From an uncultured Alphaproteobacteria bacterium (GTDB lineage: Bacteria; Pseudomonadota; Alphaproteobacteria; Acetobacterales; Acetobacteraceae), in the NCBI GenBank assembly GCA_963780805.1, contig CAWADP010000017.1, positions 16,944 to 80,943 on the forward strand: DNA of 64,000 nt. The letters are read 5' to 3'. Position 1 is the stretch's first letter; each line of letters opens with the position of its first letter. Positions 37,509 to 47,204 of the stretch are shown here, one piece after another. The notes beneath the pieces are model-generated. The model saw nothing but the letters and a program-made list of their open reading frames with translations. It had not been told where the DNA came from and did not search any database. Position numbers and translations under genes: made by a program.

Positions 37509-37559
37509 GCCCGCATGGTAGCCACGTCGGGCCGGCTTGTGGGAGAAAAAGCAGCGACT

Positions 37560-38033
37560 ATGATCGCCGCACAGCCCTTCGAGAGGAGACCAGCGTTGGC
37601 GACCATCCCCAAGACCTTGCAGCCGCACATCAACACGGCATTCCCCGATCATGTCTGCCTGATCGGCTCGGCACTGCCGAGCGGGTATGCTCAGATCACC
37701 CCGCGCGGCAGCACGATGGTGTACGACGACGAGCACATCGCGCTGTGGGAGCGGGGCAAGGGCTCCACCACCGGCAGCCTGCACGATGGCAGCAAGATGA
37801 CCATCTATTTCCGCAAGCCGCAGCTTCGGGCGGATGGAGTGCTGCCGCTGGGCGGCATCGCCCGGTTCTACGGTGTTGCCGCGATCCACAAGTCCGGTCC
37901 GGCGTATGAGGAAGTGTGGCGGCGCCTGGTGCAGCCGGAGAAGGACCGTGATCCGGATAAGAAGGGCTTCGCGGTGCTGATCAAGATCGAACGCGCCGAG
38001 GACCTGAACGGGGCGCCGCTGACGCTGGAGTGA
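37560..38033 (+). CDS. pyridoxamine 5'-phosphate oxidase family (FMN-binding split-barrel) protein
   Basis: Divergent from sthA. ...HVCLIGSALPSGYAQITPRGSTMVYDDEHIALWERGKGSTTGSL..GSKMTIYFR... An alternative ATG at 37515 exists. Confidence 0.7.
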   Translation: MIAAQPFERRPALATIPKTLQPHINTAFPDHVCLIGSALPSGYAQITPRGSTMVYDDEHIALWERGKGSTTGSLHDGSKMTIYFRKPQLRADGVLPLGGIARFYGVAAIHKSGPAYEEVWRRLVQPEKDRDPDKKGFAVLIKIERAEDLNGAPLTLE

Positions 38034-38064
38034 CGGAGGCGGGGAACTCAGGGCATCCAGGACA

Positions 38065-38157
38065 CTCCCTCCCCTTGGGGGAGGGGGAGGGTGCGAACCG
38101 CGACAAGCGGCAGTTGGACGCACCCCTCCCCCCAGCCCCCTCCCTCAAGGGGGGGTG
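38065..38157. repeat. REP-like palindromes, family A (two adjacent units)
   Basis: ctccctccccttgggggagggggagggtgcg and cgcacccctccccccagccccctccctcaagggggggtg. Confidence 0.7.
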
Positions 38158-38187
38158 CCTTTTCTTTCTACGCTTCCCGCGCATTGC

Positions 38188-39489
38188 TCAATGCCCCGAC
38201 CGGTCCTTCCAGCGGTAATACGCGATGGACGGCGCCAGGAACCATGGGTTGCCCCAATAGTACGGGCGGGATGCGAAAGGCAGGTTGTCGAATGCCGTCG
38301 CACCCTCGGCGCGTCCCAGTATCTGTTGGCCGATGCGCGTGCCCAGATAGCCGGCCATGCCGACGCCTGATCCGCAATAGCCCATCGCGTAGTACAATCC
38401 CTCACGCTCGCCGACATGCATCATCTCGTCGAACGTGTAGGCGACAAAACCAGCCCAGGAATGGCTAACGCGAATACCCGCAAGGTCCGGGAAGATCCGC
38501 ACCATCTCGGCATGTAGTGGCGGACCGCTGCGTCTGGGGTCGGTCTCGTCATACGAAACCCGGCCGCCGAACAGGATGCGGCATCGGTCGGGCGAGGGGC
38601 GGTAGTAGTAAACGACCTTGCGAGTGTCGCTGACGATGCGGTCGCGTGGCATCAGCCGCGCCATGGTGGCGGCGGGGATTTCCTCTGTCGCGATGATGTA
38701 GCTGCCGATCGGGATGACGCGGCGGCGCAGCCAGGGGGTCAGCCGGCCGGTATACCCGTTGGTGGCCACCACCACGTTGCGCGCGACGATACTGCCGCCG
38801 GTGCACTCGACGCGGAAGCCACCGCGGTCGCGATCGATCGCGGTGGCGGGACAATGCGGGATGACCGTTGCCCCCGCGTGCCGGGCGCGGTCCAGCATCC
38901 CCTGATGCAGCCGCGCCGGGTGCACCGACGCGTGTTGCTCGTACAATACGCCGCCGTAATATGCGTCGGTGCCGAGCTCGTGCCATTGCTCCGCGCGCGG
39001 AACCATGTGGGCGGCGACGTCCAGCCCCTTCGGCTGCGTCGCCAGCATCTGCGCGAGCGCTTCGTAGCGGGCCGGATTGTGCGCCGCGTGGAAGCGGCCG
39101 GCGATGCGGAAATCGCAGTCGATACCTTCGGCCGCGACGAAAGCCCCGACCCAGGCGAGCGAATTCTGGCCCTCCTTGACGATGCGGAACGCATGCTCTG
39201 GCCCGAACCGGCGCACCAGCGCGGCGTAGTTCGGCTTGACGCTGGTGGAGATCTGGCCGCCGTTGCGGGTGCTGCAGCCCCAGCCGGCATCCTCGGCATC
39301 GAGCACGACGGTGGCGCGTCCGCCGCGCGCGGTCTGCAACGCGACCGCGAGGCCGGTGTAACCCGAGCCGACCACCACCACGTCAGCCTTCGCGGGCGGT
39401 GGCACCTGCGGCAACGCCGGGCGCGGCACGTCGTCCCACCAGTAGGGCGTAAGCTTCAGGTCGTCGGCGAACAGGGCGGCGTTGCTCAT
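38188..39489 (-). CDS. FAD-dependent oxidoreductase (DAO family, gamma-glutamylputrescine-oxidase-like)
   Basis: VVVVGSGYTGLAVAL dinucleotide motif, STRNGGQ, VVATNGYTG, GYCGSGVGMA. ATG confirmed at 39489. Confidence 0.87.
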   Translation of the reverse strand: MSNAALFADDLKLTPYWWDDVPRPALPQVPPPAKADVVVVGSGYTGLAVALQTARGGRATVVLDAEDAGWGCSTRNGGQISTSVKPNYAALVRRFGPEHAFRIVKEGQNSLAWVGAFVAAEGIDCDFRIAGRFHAAHNPARYEALAQMLATQPKGLDVAAHMVPRAEQWHELGTDAYYGGVLYEQHASVHPARLHQGMLDRARHAGATVIPHCPATAIDRDRGGFRVECTGGSIVARNVVVATNGYTGRLTPWLRRRVIPIGSYIIATEEIPAATMARLMPRDRIVSDTRKVVYYYRPSPDRCRILFGGRVSYDETDPRRSGPPLHAEMVRIFPDLAGIRVSHSWAGFVAYTFDEMMHVGEREGLYYAMGYCGSGVGMAGYLGTRIGQQILGRAEGATAFDNLPFASRPYYWGNPWFLAPSIAYYRWKDRSGH

Positions 39490-39640
39490 TCCGGCGGCGG
39501 CTCCGGGTGGCACGGGAGGAGACCGTTACGAGGATCGTGTCAGCGGGCGGCGGCGAAGGCAACCGAGCTCCGCCGCCATGCTTGCAGTCCCCGGCGTTGG
39601 AAGTGAGGCTAGCTTTTTTCTCAACAGTCTATCCCCAGTA

Positions 39641-39680
39641 GCCACCCCTCCCCTTGTGGGCGGGGTTGCGGGAGGGGTGC
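39641..39680. repeat. REP-like palindrome, family A
   Basis: gccacccctccccttgtgggcggggttgcgggaggggtgc, followed by a gcaatgacagat family-B-type tail. Confidence 0.65.
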
Positions 39681-39840
39681 ATGCACGCAATGACAGATTA
39701 GCCGACGGGTCCGAAGCGTCAGGGTCACAACCGGTTCCGATTCATATGCGCGGCATCGAAGGTTGCCGATATTCGACGGTATTGATTACGCCGCTCTTTG
39801 CCACAGCCGTCGCGGGTCACGACGCTCCTCAATATGCGGT

Positions 39841-41112
39841 TCACTCCGCCGCCACTACCACCATATCGGCCCGCGCCGAGGCCCGGGCGCTGCCCATGCA
39901 GAGCAGGCTTGCCAGCAGCAACGCCGCAACCAGGAACAGTACCATCTCCGGGTGGTGATGGTCGATCAGCATGCCGAACGGCACCGGCGTCAGTGCGCTG
40001 CCCAGTGGCAAGCCGGCGCTGACGAAGCCGAACACCTTGCCGATCTGTCCCGGCGGCGACGCCTCCTTCAGCATCACGTCGCGCGGCGTGCGGCTGGCCC
40101 CCAGGGCGAGGCCGGACACGAACATCAGTCCGATCACCGACGCGGGTGACAGCAACAGCATTGCCACCACCAGCACCAATGCCGCCGATACGATCGTCAG
40201 TCCCACCGCGAAGCTCTGCACATGCTTGCGGTAGGCATCGGCGAACCAGCCGCCGAACAACACTCCGCAGGTGGTGCCGACCATGTAGCCGGTGAGAGCC
40301 GTCGAGGCGAGTGGCAGCGCCATTCCCTTCACCGCGTGCAGCACCGTGATCAGCCAGGCCTGCACGCCTGCCCCCGCCATCGATCCCAGCAGATAGAAGC
40401 CAAAGAACAGCAGCATGGTGCGCGAGAACAGCAGGGCGCGACCGGTGATGGCGTCGTCGGCCTCGGTTGGTTCGTGCCGTACCTGGTCGTTCAGGACGGC
40501 GCTTTGCAGCAGGATTGAAATGACCACCGGAATGCCGAGCAAACCGACCAACAACAATCCGGCGCGCCAGCCGATCGTCACCGTCAACAGGGCCATGACC
40601 GGCGGGCCTGCCGCGAAACCAAGATTGCCGCTGAACGTGTGCAGGGCGAATGAGGAGCCCATGCGCTCATGGTCCACGGAGCCGCTGAGGATCGAATAGT
40701 CGCACGGATGGATGACGGAGTTGCCCAAACCCGACAGCATCGCCAACGCCGCGATTTGCCAGAAGCTGGTGGCGGTCGACATCGCGGCGACCGAGAGCGA
40801 CATCAGCAACGCGCCGCACACCAGAAACCGCCGTGCCCCGTAACGGTCCACCAGGAACCCCATCGGGGTCTGCATCAGCGCCGTCGTGCCGGCCATCAGC
40901 GCAACCGCGAGTCCAAGTTCGGCGAAGGACACACCGAAGGCCTTTTGCCAGACCAGGAACAGGGGCGGCAGGCACAACTGATAAAAGTGCGATAGGAAGT
41001 GGCCGTTGCCGATCAGGAAGTTGACGCGGGTCGTGCGGCTCAGGACCATTGTGCGGGCGTCCGGTCGGTGTGTTCTTTCCGCAAGCATGGAAGCAGGTTT
41101 GCGCTGCGTCAA
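39841..41112 (-). CDS. MFS transporter
   Basis: 12-TM-like hydrophobic pattern and MFS loop motif GFLVDRYGARR. The 41112 codon is TTG. ATG alternatives at 41088 and 41049. Confidence 0.87.
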   Translation of the reverse strand: MTQRKPASMLAERTHRPDARTMVLSRTTRVNFLIGNGHFLSHFYQLCLPPLFLVWQKAFGVSFAELGLAVALMAGTTALMQTPMGFLVDRYGARRFLVCGALLMSLSVAAMSTATSFWQIAALAMLSGLGNSVIHPCDYSILSGSVDHERMGSSFALHTFSGNLGFAAGPPVMALLTVTIGWRAGLLLVGLLGIPVVISILLQSAVLNDQVRHEPTEADDAITGRALLFSRTMLLFFGFYLLGSMAGAGVQAWLITVLHAVKGMALPLASTALTGYMVGTTCGVLFGGWFADAYRKHVQSFAVGLTIVSAALVLVVAMLLLSPASVIGLMFVSGLALGASRTPRDVMLKEASPPGQIGKVFGFVSAGLPLGSALTPVPFGMLIDHHHPEMVLFLVAALLLASLLCMGSARASARADMVVVAAE

Positions 41113-41114
41113 TC

Positions 41115-41300
41115 GAGGGAGGCCGGGCGCGAGGGAAGACGGGCGCGAGGGAAGACGGGGACGCGGAGAGAAGAAGCGAGGGAAGTAGAGTCGCGGGAAG
41201 ACGGGGACGCGGAAAGGAGAGGCGAGCGAAGTAGAGTCGCGGGAAGTGGAGGCGCGGGAAGTGGAGAGGCGCGGGAAGAAGAGGCGAAGGAAGCAGGAGA
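41115..41300. repeat. purine-rich (GA) array of nested short direct repeats
   Basis: gggcgcgagggaagac x2, acggggacgcgga x2, gaagtagagtcgcgggaag x2, gcgcgggaagtggag x2. In the divergent intergenic region between the MFS gene and 41366. Confidence 0.8.
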
Positions 41301-41365
41301 CCGAGCAGAGGTTGGGAAGCCGTGCAAGGGCAGGTTGCCGGTGGAAGCACGATGAGGGAGGGCGA

Positions 41366-42718
41366 ATGAGCGATCGGACCGTGCCGAGTCTGGCGCAGCG
41401 GTTGACGGCGCTGTGGGACTACCTCGGCATCGGCACGGCACATGTGTCGGCGCCGATGCCGGGCGACGTGGCCGGGCTGGTCGCGGCGGCGCCGGACCGC
41501 GTGGCGGGGCTGGTGCTGTGCGTGCCGTCGCGGCTCGATCCGGCAGCGTTCGCCGGCATCCCGCGGCGCGTGCTGATGATCGCCGGGGACGGCGACATGA
41601 CCGACGCGGTGACCGCCCGGGCGTTGCCTCGGCTGCCCGGGGCGCAGCGGCAGGTGCTGGCAGGCTATGCGGCGCCCGGCTGGGCTGACGTGATAGCCGA
41701 CCGCACCGATGCGGTGGTTGGCCGGTTGACCGGCTTTCTGGACCACTTCTCCGCCGATCCGCCGCGCGCCGTGGCGCCGGAGGGGACGGTCGCCGGCATC
41801 TCCTACCGCATCCACGGTGCCGGGCCGGCGCTGGTGCTGCTGCCGTTCTTCCTGGCGCCGTCGCAATGGGAGCCGGCGATTCCGCTGTTGGCGCGGCGGT
41901 TCTCGGTGGTGACCCTGGGCGGGCGCCATGTCGGCGGCATCGCGGCGCTGGAGGACCGGGCCCGCGCGCCAAGCTACCGGGCCATGGTGCGCACCCTGGT
42001 TACGCAGATGGCGCCGCAACCGGGCGAGACGATGCTCGACATCGGCAGCGGCTCCGGCGCGCTGGACCGCATGGTGGCGCGGTTATGGCCGGGATGTCCG
42101 CTGACGGCGGTGGACGTAAACCCGTTCCTGCAACGAGAGGCGAAGGCGTTGGCAGCGGAGGAGGGATTGGGCGCCATCGCGTTCCTTCCAGGCAGTGCCG
42201 AGGCGCTGCCGTTCCCGGATGCGTCGTTCGACTGCGTATTCAGCGTGACCGTGCTGGAGGAATGCGACGCGGACAAGGCACTGCGCGAAGCATGGCGAGT
42301 ACTGCATCCGGGTGGACGGCTGGGCGTGGTCGTGCGGGCGATCGACCTGCCGCAATGGTGGAACCTGGATTTGCCGCCGGGCTTTCGCGCGCGTGCCGAG
42401 ACTCCGCCGCAGTCGGTCGGGCCGCGTGGCGTGGCGGATGCAAGCCTCTACCGGCGCATGCACGCGGCGGGGTTTGCCAGCCTCGTGTGCTTCCCATCGC
42501 TGGTGACACTGGATCAACCGGACGGCCCGATCTGGCGCTATCGCGAAGATCACCTGCTGTCTTTGTTGACGGCGGAGGAGACGCGGACGTGGCACGCTCT
42601 GACGGAAGCCGGGCGGCGGGAAGCGGTGTTGATGATGGCTCACCCGATGCACTGTGTTGTAGGGACCAAACAAGCCTCAGGCGATGGGATGGGCATAAAT
42701 GGGCCGGATCAGTCATGA
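41366..42718 (+). CDS. class I SAM-dependent methyltransferase with N-terminal degenerate alpha/beta-hydrolase-like region
   Basis: GAGGGAGGG RBS. SAM motif I MLDIGSGSGAL, then FDCVFS...LHPGGRLGVVV. N-terminal about 220 aa contain hydrolase-like segments (VLMIAGDGD; HGAGPALVLLPFF) without a GxSxG nucleophile. Confidence 0.78.
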   Translation: MSDRTVPSLAQRLTALWDYLGIGTAHVSAPMPGDVAGLVAAAPDRVAGLVLCVPSRLDPAAFAGIPRRVLMIAGDGDMTDAVTARALPRLPGAQRQVLAGYAAPGWADVIADRTDAVVGRLTGFLDHFSADPPRAVAPEGTVAGISYRIHGAGPALVLLPFFLAPSQWEPAIPLLARRFSVVTLGGRHVGGIAALEDRARAPSYRAMVRTLVTQMAPQPGETMLDIGSGSGALDRMVARLWPGCPLTAVDVNPFLQREAKALAAEEGLGAIAFLPGSAEALPFPDASFDCVFSVTVLEECDADKALREAWRVLHPGGRLGVVVRAIDLPQWWNLDLPPGFRARAETPPQSVGPRGVADASLYRRMHAAGFASLVCFPSLVTLDQPDGPIWRYREDHLLSLLTAEETRTWHALTEAGRREAVLMMAHPMHCVVGTKQASGDGMGINGPDQS

Positions 42719-43195
42719 GCTAATCAGCAATGCCGATACGTGAGCAGGCAATACGTCACGGACCGTGTGGTCGAGGCCCATTCACGACATACTCACGACA
42801 TGGCGTCTTTGCGCCGCAGGTGCCGATCGAATACAGGCGGTTCGAATACAAACGGTCGCCGTTTCCAGCATTTCGACGACGCTTTGACATTCGATGATGC
42901 TTTAACATTCGATGTCATTGCGTTTTGGGGCTGCTGATCGATTGTGGACCATGCGCGACCTGTGCCGCGGGCGGCTGCAAAATTTATCGCAAAGGAAGCG
43001 GAGCCTCATAATCAGGGGGCGCAGAGAAAGACCACTTGCTATTTTCAAACGATCTCGGATGCCGTCATTTCGCGTGAAATGCCGTTCATTGTTGCCTGCG
43101 ATCTCTCCGCCTCCGTTTCCTCTGCGATAAATTTGCCAGTTGCCCGCGGCACCGGCCCGACATTATGTGCTGCCGTCGTCGATGAGCCGCGTCTG

Positions 43196-43447
43196 CTATC
43201 GCCAGATCGGAGTTCCAAGATTGATCGCGTGGCCGCTGGTCACCGCACCACCCAAGGCACCCGCCGCACCGCCGATCGCGGCGCCCACCAACGGAGAGCC
43301 ACCGGTGATGGCCGCAATGCCCGCGCCGCCGGCCGCGCCAATCAGCCCGCCGGACGCGGCACGGTCGCCCGGGTCATAGCCGCATCCCGCAAGGCCGAGC
43401 ACCAGTACCATCAAGCCGGCAATTCCAATGATCCTATTCATAGCCAA
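43196..43447 (-). CDS. glycine-zipper (17-kDa surface antigen / SlyB-like) lipoprotein
   Basis: Lipobox LGLAGC and GxxxG-rich GGLIGAAGGAGIAAITGG...GAAIGGAAGALGGAV. First codon is TTG (43447). ATG at 43441. Confidence 0.8.
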   Translation of the reverse strand: MAMNRIIGIAGLMVLVLGLAGCGYDPGDRAASGGLIGAAGGAGIAAITGGSPLVGAAIGGAAGALGGAVTSGHAINLGTPIWR

Positions 43448-43704
43448 TCCCTCGTTGCACGCTTCGCCGAAAATATGGGGCCGGTCATCAGTTTGATATC
43501 TGTCGGCACAAGGTCACGATCGCGGCATCAACATGCATCTGTTTGACCTACGTCACAAAATCCCATGCCAGACAAGTCGGCTGTCCTGATCGCCGCCCGA
43601 CCTGCTCTTCCGCACTTGCCACCCGCGCCACTGAATCCGACGCAACCAGTGCGGGACGGCGAACTATCTCCCCCCAGACCCCGCTTTGCGCTACCTATTT
43701 CCGT

Positions 43705-44400
43705 ATGTCGTCGTGGACCCAACTCGCCCGTGCTCATACCGCAAGCGGCGATCTGCTTGTCCTGCGCGAGCGCGCCGGCACCATCGAGCTCCGCTGCAAC
43801 GGCTGGGACCTGATGTCCAACCGGGCCCACTATTCCGAGGAAGCCCTGGCGGCCCTCGCCTGCCCTCACGTCGCCTCGGCGGAGCCGGTGGTCCTGATCG
43901 GCGGCCTTGGCTTCGGCTACACCCTGCGCGCCGTGCTGGACCGCCTGCCGCCCGCCGCCCGGATCACCGTCGCCGAAATTCTGCCCGACATCATCGCCTG
44001 GAACAGGGGCATGCTCTCGGCCCTGGCGGGCCACCCGCTGGCGGACCGGCGTGTTATCGTTGCCAACGCCGACATTGGCGCCCTCCTCAGTGCCACGGCC
44101 CCGTCCCGGTTCGACGCCATCCTGCTCGACATCGACAATGGTCCCGACGCCATCATGCTGTCGGGCAATGCGCCGCTCTACGCCGCGGCCGGTATAGCCC
44201 AGATCCGCCGTGCCCTGCGGCCGCACGGTGTTCTGGCGGTCTGGTCCGCCGACCGCTCTCCGGCCTTTGCCGCCCGCCTGCGCGCCGCCGGCTTCCGGCA
44301 GGAGGCGCACGACGTCCCCGCCCGCGGCGCCCCCGACGATCCGCTGCACACGATCTACCTGGCGTGGCCGGCGTCGGAGCAGTGCGCGCCGCCGGCGTGA
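43705..44400 (+). CDS. spermidine-synthase-like (polyamine aminopropyltransferase fold) protein
   Basis: LLVLRERAGTIELRCNGWDLMS...VLIGGLGFGYTLRAVL...DAILLDIDNGP...LRPHGVLAVWS. ATG 43705 within ORF 43543..44400. Confidence 0.72.
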   Translation: MSSWTQLARAHTASGDLLVLRERAGTIELRCNGWDLMSNRAHYSEEALAALACPHVASAEPVVLIGGLGFGYTLRAVLDRLPPAARITVAEILPDIIAWNRGMLSALAGHPLADRRVIVANADIGALLSATAPSRFDAILLDIDNGPDAIMLSGNAPLYAAAGIAQIRRALRPHGVLAVWSADRSPAFAARLRAAGFRQEAHDVPARGAPDDPLHTIYLAWPASEQCAPPA

Positions 44401-44667
44401 TCCCGGCCCCGGCCGAGCCACCCGTATCGGCGGGCGCACGCATCCCCGGGTCGCTCTCTGGCCTGCCGTCAGCGCCTGCGCTGCCTGCTCTCCGCGCCCG
44501 GCCCGCGAGCCGCCGGCAGGTTCGCGCACCAACCGGTTCGCGCACCAAATCGGCATGCGCCGGGTTGATTTCTCGATGCAGAAGTGGGACCGGTTTCTCA
44601 ACGTCAACACCGCGGCTGATCTGGCGATCGTTCGTGCGCTGGCGCCGCGACCGCAGGAGGACAGCGC

Positions 44668-45471
44668 ATGACGACCACCGTCGCGATCGGCGGGCTCGGC
44701 GCGATCGGCCTCCCGCTCGCTCGCGCGCTGGACTTCGGGGTGGAGGGGCTGTCCCTGATCGCGGTCGCCGCTAGGGACCCGGACAAGGCGAAGGCCAACC
44801 TGACCCGTTTCCGAACCCTGCCGCGCATCGTGCCGCTGGAAGCGCTGGCCGCGGCCGACATCGTCGTGGAAGCTGCGCCCGCAGCGGTGTTCGAAACCAT
44901 CGCCCGAGCCGCGATCGAGGCCGGCCGGATTCTGGTGCCCGCCTCGGTGGGAGCGCTGCTGCCGCGCATGCATCTGGTGGAACGTGCCAAGGCGACCGGC
45001 GCCCGCATCGTGGTGCCCACCGGCGCCTTGCTCGGCCTGGACGCGGTGCGGGCAGCGGCCGAGGGCCCGGTGCACAGCGTCACCATGGTCACACGCAAGC
45101 CGCCGGCCGGCCTGGCGGGCGCGCCGCATCTGCTGCGCCATGGCATCGACGTCTCCGGCCTGACCGCGCCGCTGCTGGTGTTCGAGGGCAACGCCTTCGA
45201 CGCCGCCGCGGGCTTCCCCGCCAACGTCAACGTCGCCGCGGCTCTGGCGCTGGCCGGCGTCGGACCGATGCGCACGCGGGTGCAGATCTGGGCGGACCCG
45301 GGCGTCACCCGCAACACCCACACGATCCAGGTGGAAGCCGAAGCGGCGCGCTTCACCATGACCATCGAGAACGTCCCCAGCGAGGACAACCCGCGCACCG
45401 GCAAGCTGACGGCGCTGTCGGTGCTGAGCTGCCTGCGCGGCCTGGTGTCCACGCTGAAGGTCGGCAGCTAG
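44668..45471 (+). CDS. nadX: L-aspartate dehydrogenase
   Basis: IGGLGAIG..., VVEAA..., VPTGALLGLDAVRAA..., FPANVNVAAALALAG..., GVTRNTHTIQVEAEAARFTMTIEN.PS..NPRTG are typical of NadX. Confidence 0.88.
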   Translation: MTTTVAIGGLGAIGLPLARALDFGVEGLSLIAVAARDPDKAKANLTRFRTLPRIVPLEALAAADIVVEAAPAAVFETIARAAIEAGRILVPASVGALLPRMHLVERAKATGARIVVPTGALLGLDAVRAAAEGPVHSVTMVTRKPPAGLAGAPHLLRHGIDVSGLTAPLLVFEGNAFDAAAGFPANVNVAAALALAGVGPMRTRVQIWADPGVTRNTHTIQVEAEAARFTMTIENVPSEDNPRTGKLTALSVLSCLRGLVSTLKVGS

Positions 45472-45853
45472 CGTTGCTAACGCTTGGATCGCATCGGAGA
45501 ATCCCGTCATTGCGAGCTTGGCGGAACCTGTCATTGCTAGAAGGGGTTCTGGTCGCGGATTTTCGTGCGGGCAGGTCGATGCTCTGTTGCATGGGGTTCT
45601 AATACGGGAATTTTGTGCACGCGGCCGACGGCCGGAGGCAAAGGCGGGCAGCAATAGTTTTGTGTCTCACGGTCGTCTCGTTAGGAAATCCGCGAGATTC
45701 CGTTGGGAGATATGAGACTCGATCCCGGCATTTCTCGCGATCGTCTCGTTTCGTTCGCTGTGAGACGGATGCCGTCAGGCGCGGGGCGCTGCCGCGCGTG
45801 CGGTGCGGTTGGGCACCCGGCTGTCCCGCTTTGGGGATGGCGTTGGTAAAGGA

Positions 45854-46009
45854 TTTCACACCGAGAACCACGGAGGCAGTTAAAGCCACCGAGCGCCACC
45901 GAGGGTGAGAGGCCAGGTCACCGCGCGCACGCGGCCGATGCCGTGCATGACCCGGTGGCGCTCGGTGGCTTTACCTTTCTCCGGTGATCCGGTGGTTTTC
46001 GGTGTGAAA
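45854..46009. repeat. MITE/REP-like nested palindrome, family C
   Basis: Inner perfect 21-bp inverted repeat taaagccaccgagcgccaccg (45881-45901) / cggtggcgctcggtggcttta (45953-45973). Outer 18-bp arms at 45854-45871 / 45992-46009 have one mismatch. Confidence 0.8.
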
Positions 46010-46138
46010 CACTGCTGCCGCAAACAATCGACCCCGCGGGTTGTCGGCCACCGCTGTGGCGACACGAATCGGAACGGCGGGGCCAGCCATGCTCTGGCCC
46101 CGTTCGTCAGCGTTGGGTTGTCGTGTGAAGCAATCAGG

Positions 46139-47080
46139 TCAGGGCGGCCCGGTCGCCGTGGCGACGATTGCGGGACCCTCTAACGTCCACTCGGTCAGAC
46201 TTGGGGTGGCAGGCTCTGGACGGCACGGATCGGCTGGCGGGTCGCCGATGAAAAATCCTAGCACCCGTTGGACGCCGTCGCGTGTTTCCTCCGGCCAGCC
46301 GAGCTTCGGGTGCCGCCATTGCTCTGCTTCAAACCGTATCTCGCGGCGGCGCTTCTCGGCGAGGAACTTGTTCAGGCTGCCACCGTAGCAGCGGATCGCC
46401 AGGAAGAGCTGCGTCCAGAATGTGCCTTCGCACAGCGTGGGGGCAACGCCGAAGTCGCTCATGATATTGGCGAGGACCTGGCCCGGCTGCTGACGGCGCA
46501 CCTCGGCTTCGATTTCCTCCATGCTGGGAAGGTTGGCGAGTGTGAGAGGCTCCTTCGGGCTGCGGTGGCGGCTGGGGCGCTGCGCGGGTTCGGGCGTGGC
46601 CGGTGCTTCGGCGCGTTGCAGTGCGGCGTCGGGTCCCGCAATAGGATCGGGAGATGGCGGACCGACCGGTGGCTTGCCGCGCCGGGAATGCACGCGCCGC
46701 GCCAGGATCACCAGATCGCGGCCGTGCGCTGCGCGCGCCAGCAGCACACGCTCCAGCGCGACGGCGCGCATGATGCCGCGCTGGATGTGAGCCAGAATCA
46801 TCGGCATCGCGGCGGTGCCGAAGAACTGCGCGATGGTGGCGAAGCCGCGCCAGAGGGCGCGATGCTCGATTGTCTCGGCCATGTGGCGGCCGTAACCGAG
46901 CAGGACCTGAACGATCTCAAGCATGACCGCGATGCGTTCGGGCACGGGCTTGCCACCCTGATCCGGTTGTGGATCAGGTCGGGTAGCGAGACCAGGGGCG
47001 TTGCCTGCGGTTACCATAACGTCTGATAGTATAATTAACGCAAGCAAGATCGTCAAGCCCTTTCCGGGCCGGCGGAACAA
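46139..47080 (-). CDS. hypothetical protein
   Basis: 313-codon ORF with coding-like composition and a Pro-rich central linker. No family recognised. Alternative ATG at 47017. Confidence 0.5.
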   Translation of the reverse strand: MFRRPGKGLTILLALIILSDVMVTAGNAPGLATRPDPQPDQGGKPVPERIAVMLEIVQVLLGYGRHMAETIEHRALWRGFATIAQFFGTAAMPMILAHIQRGIMRAVALERVLLARAAHGRDLVILARRVHSRRGKPPVGPPSPDPIAGPDAALQRAEAPATPEPAQRPSRHRSPKEPLTLANLPSMEEIEAEVRRQQPGQVLANIMSDFGVAPTLCEGTFWTQLFLAIRCYGGSLNKFLAEKRRREIRFEAEQWRHPKLGWPEETRDGVQRVLGFFIGDPPADPCRPEPATPSLTEWTLEGPAIVATATGPP

Positions 47081-47204
47081 GATTTCCGACTTGCCTTGTT
47101 GCTGGCTTCCACCTCGGGGCAGTGCTGGCTCGTGGTCAGGTGTGATCGCTACGCGTCCCCGTCGAGCCCAGCCGTCTCATCGACCATGGCGCCCGCCACA
47201 GGCG

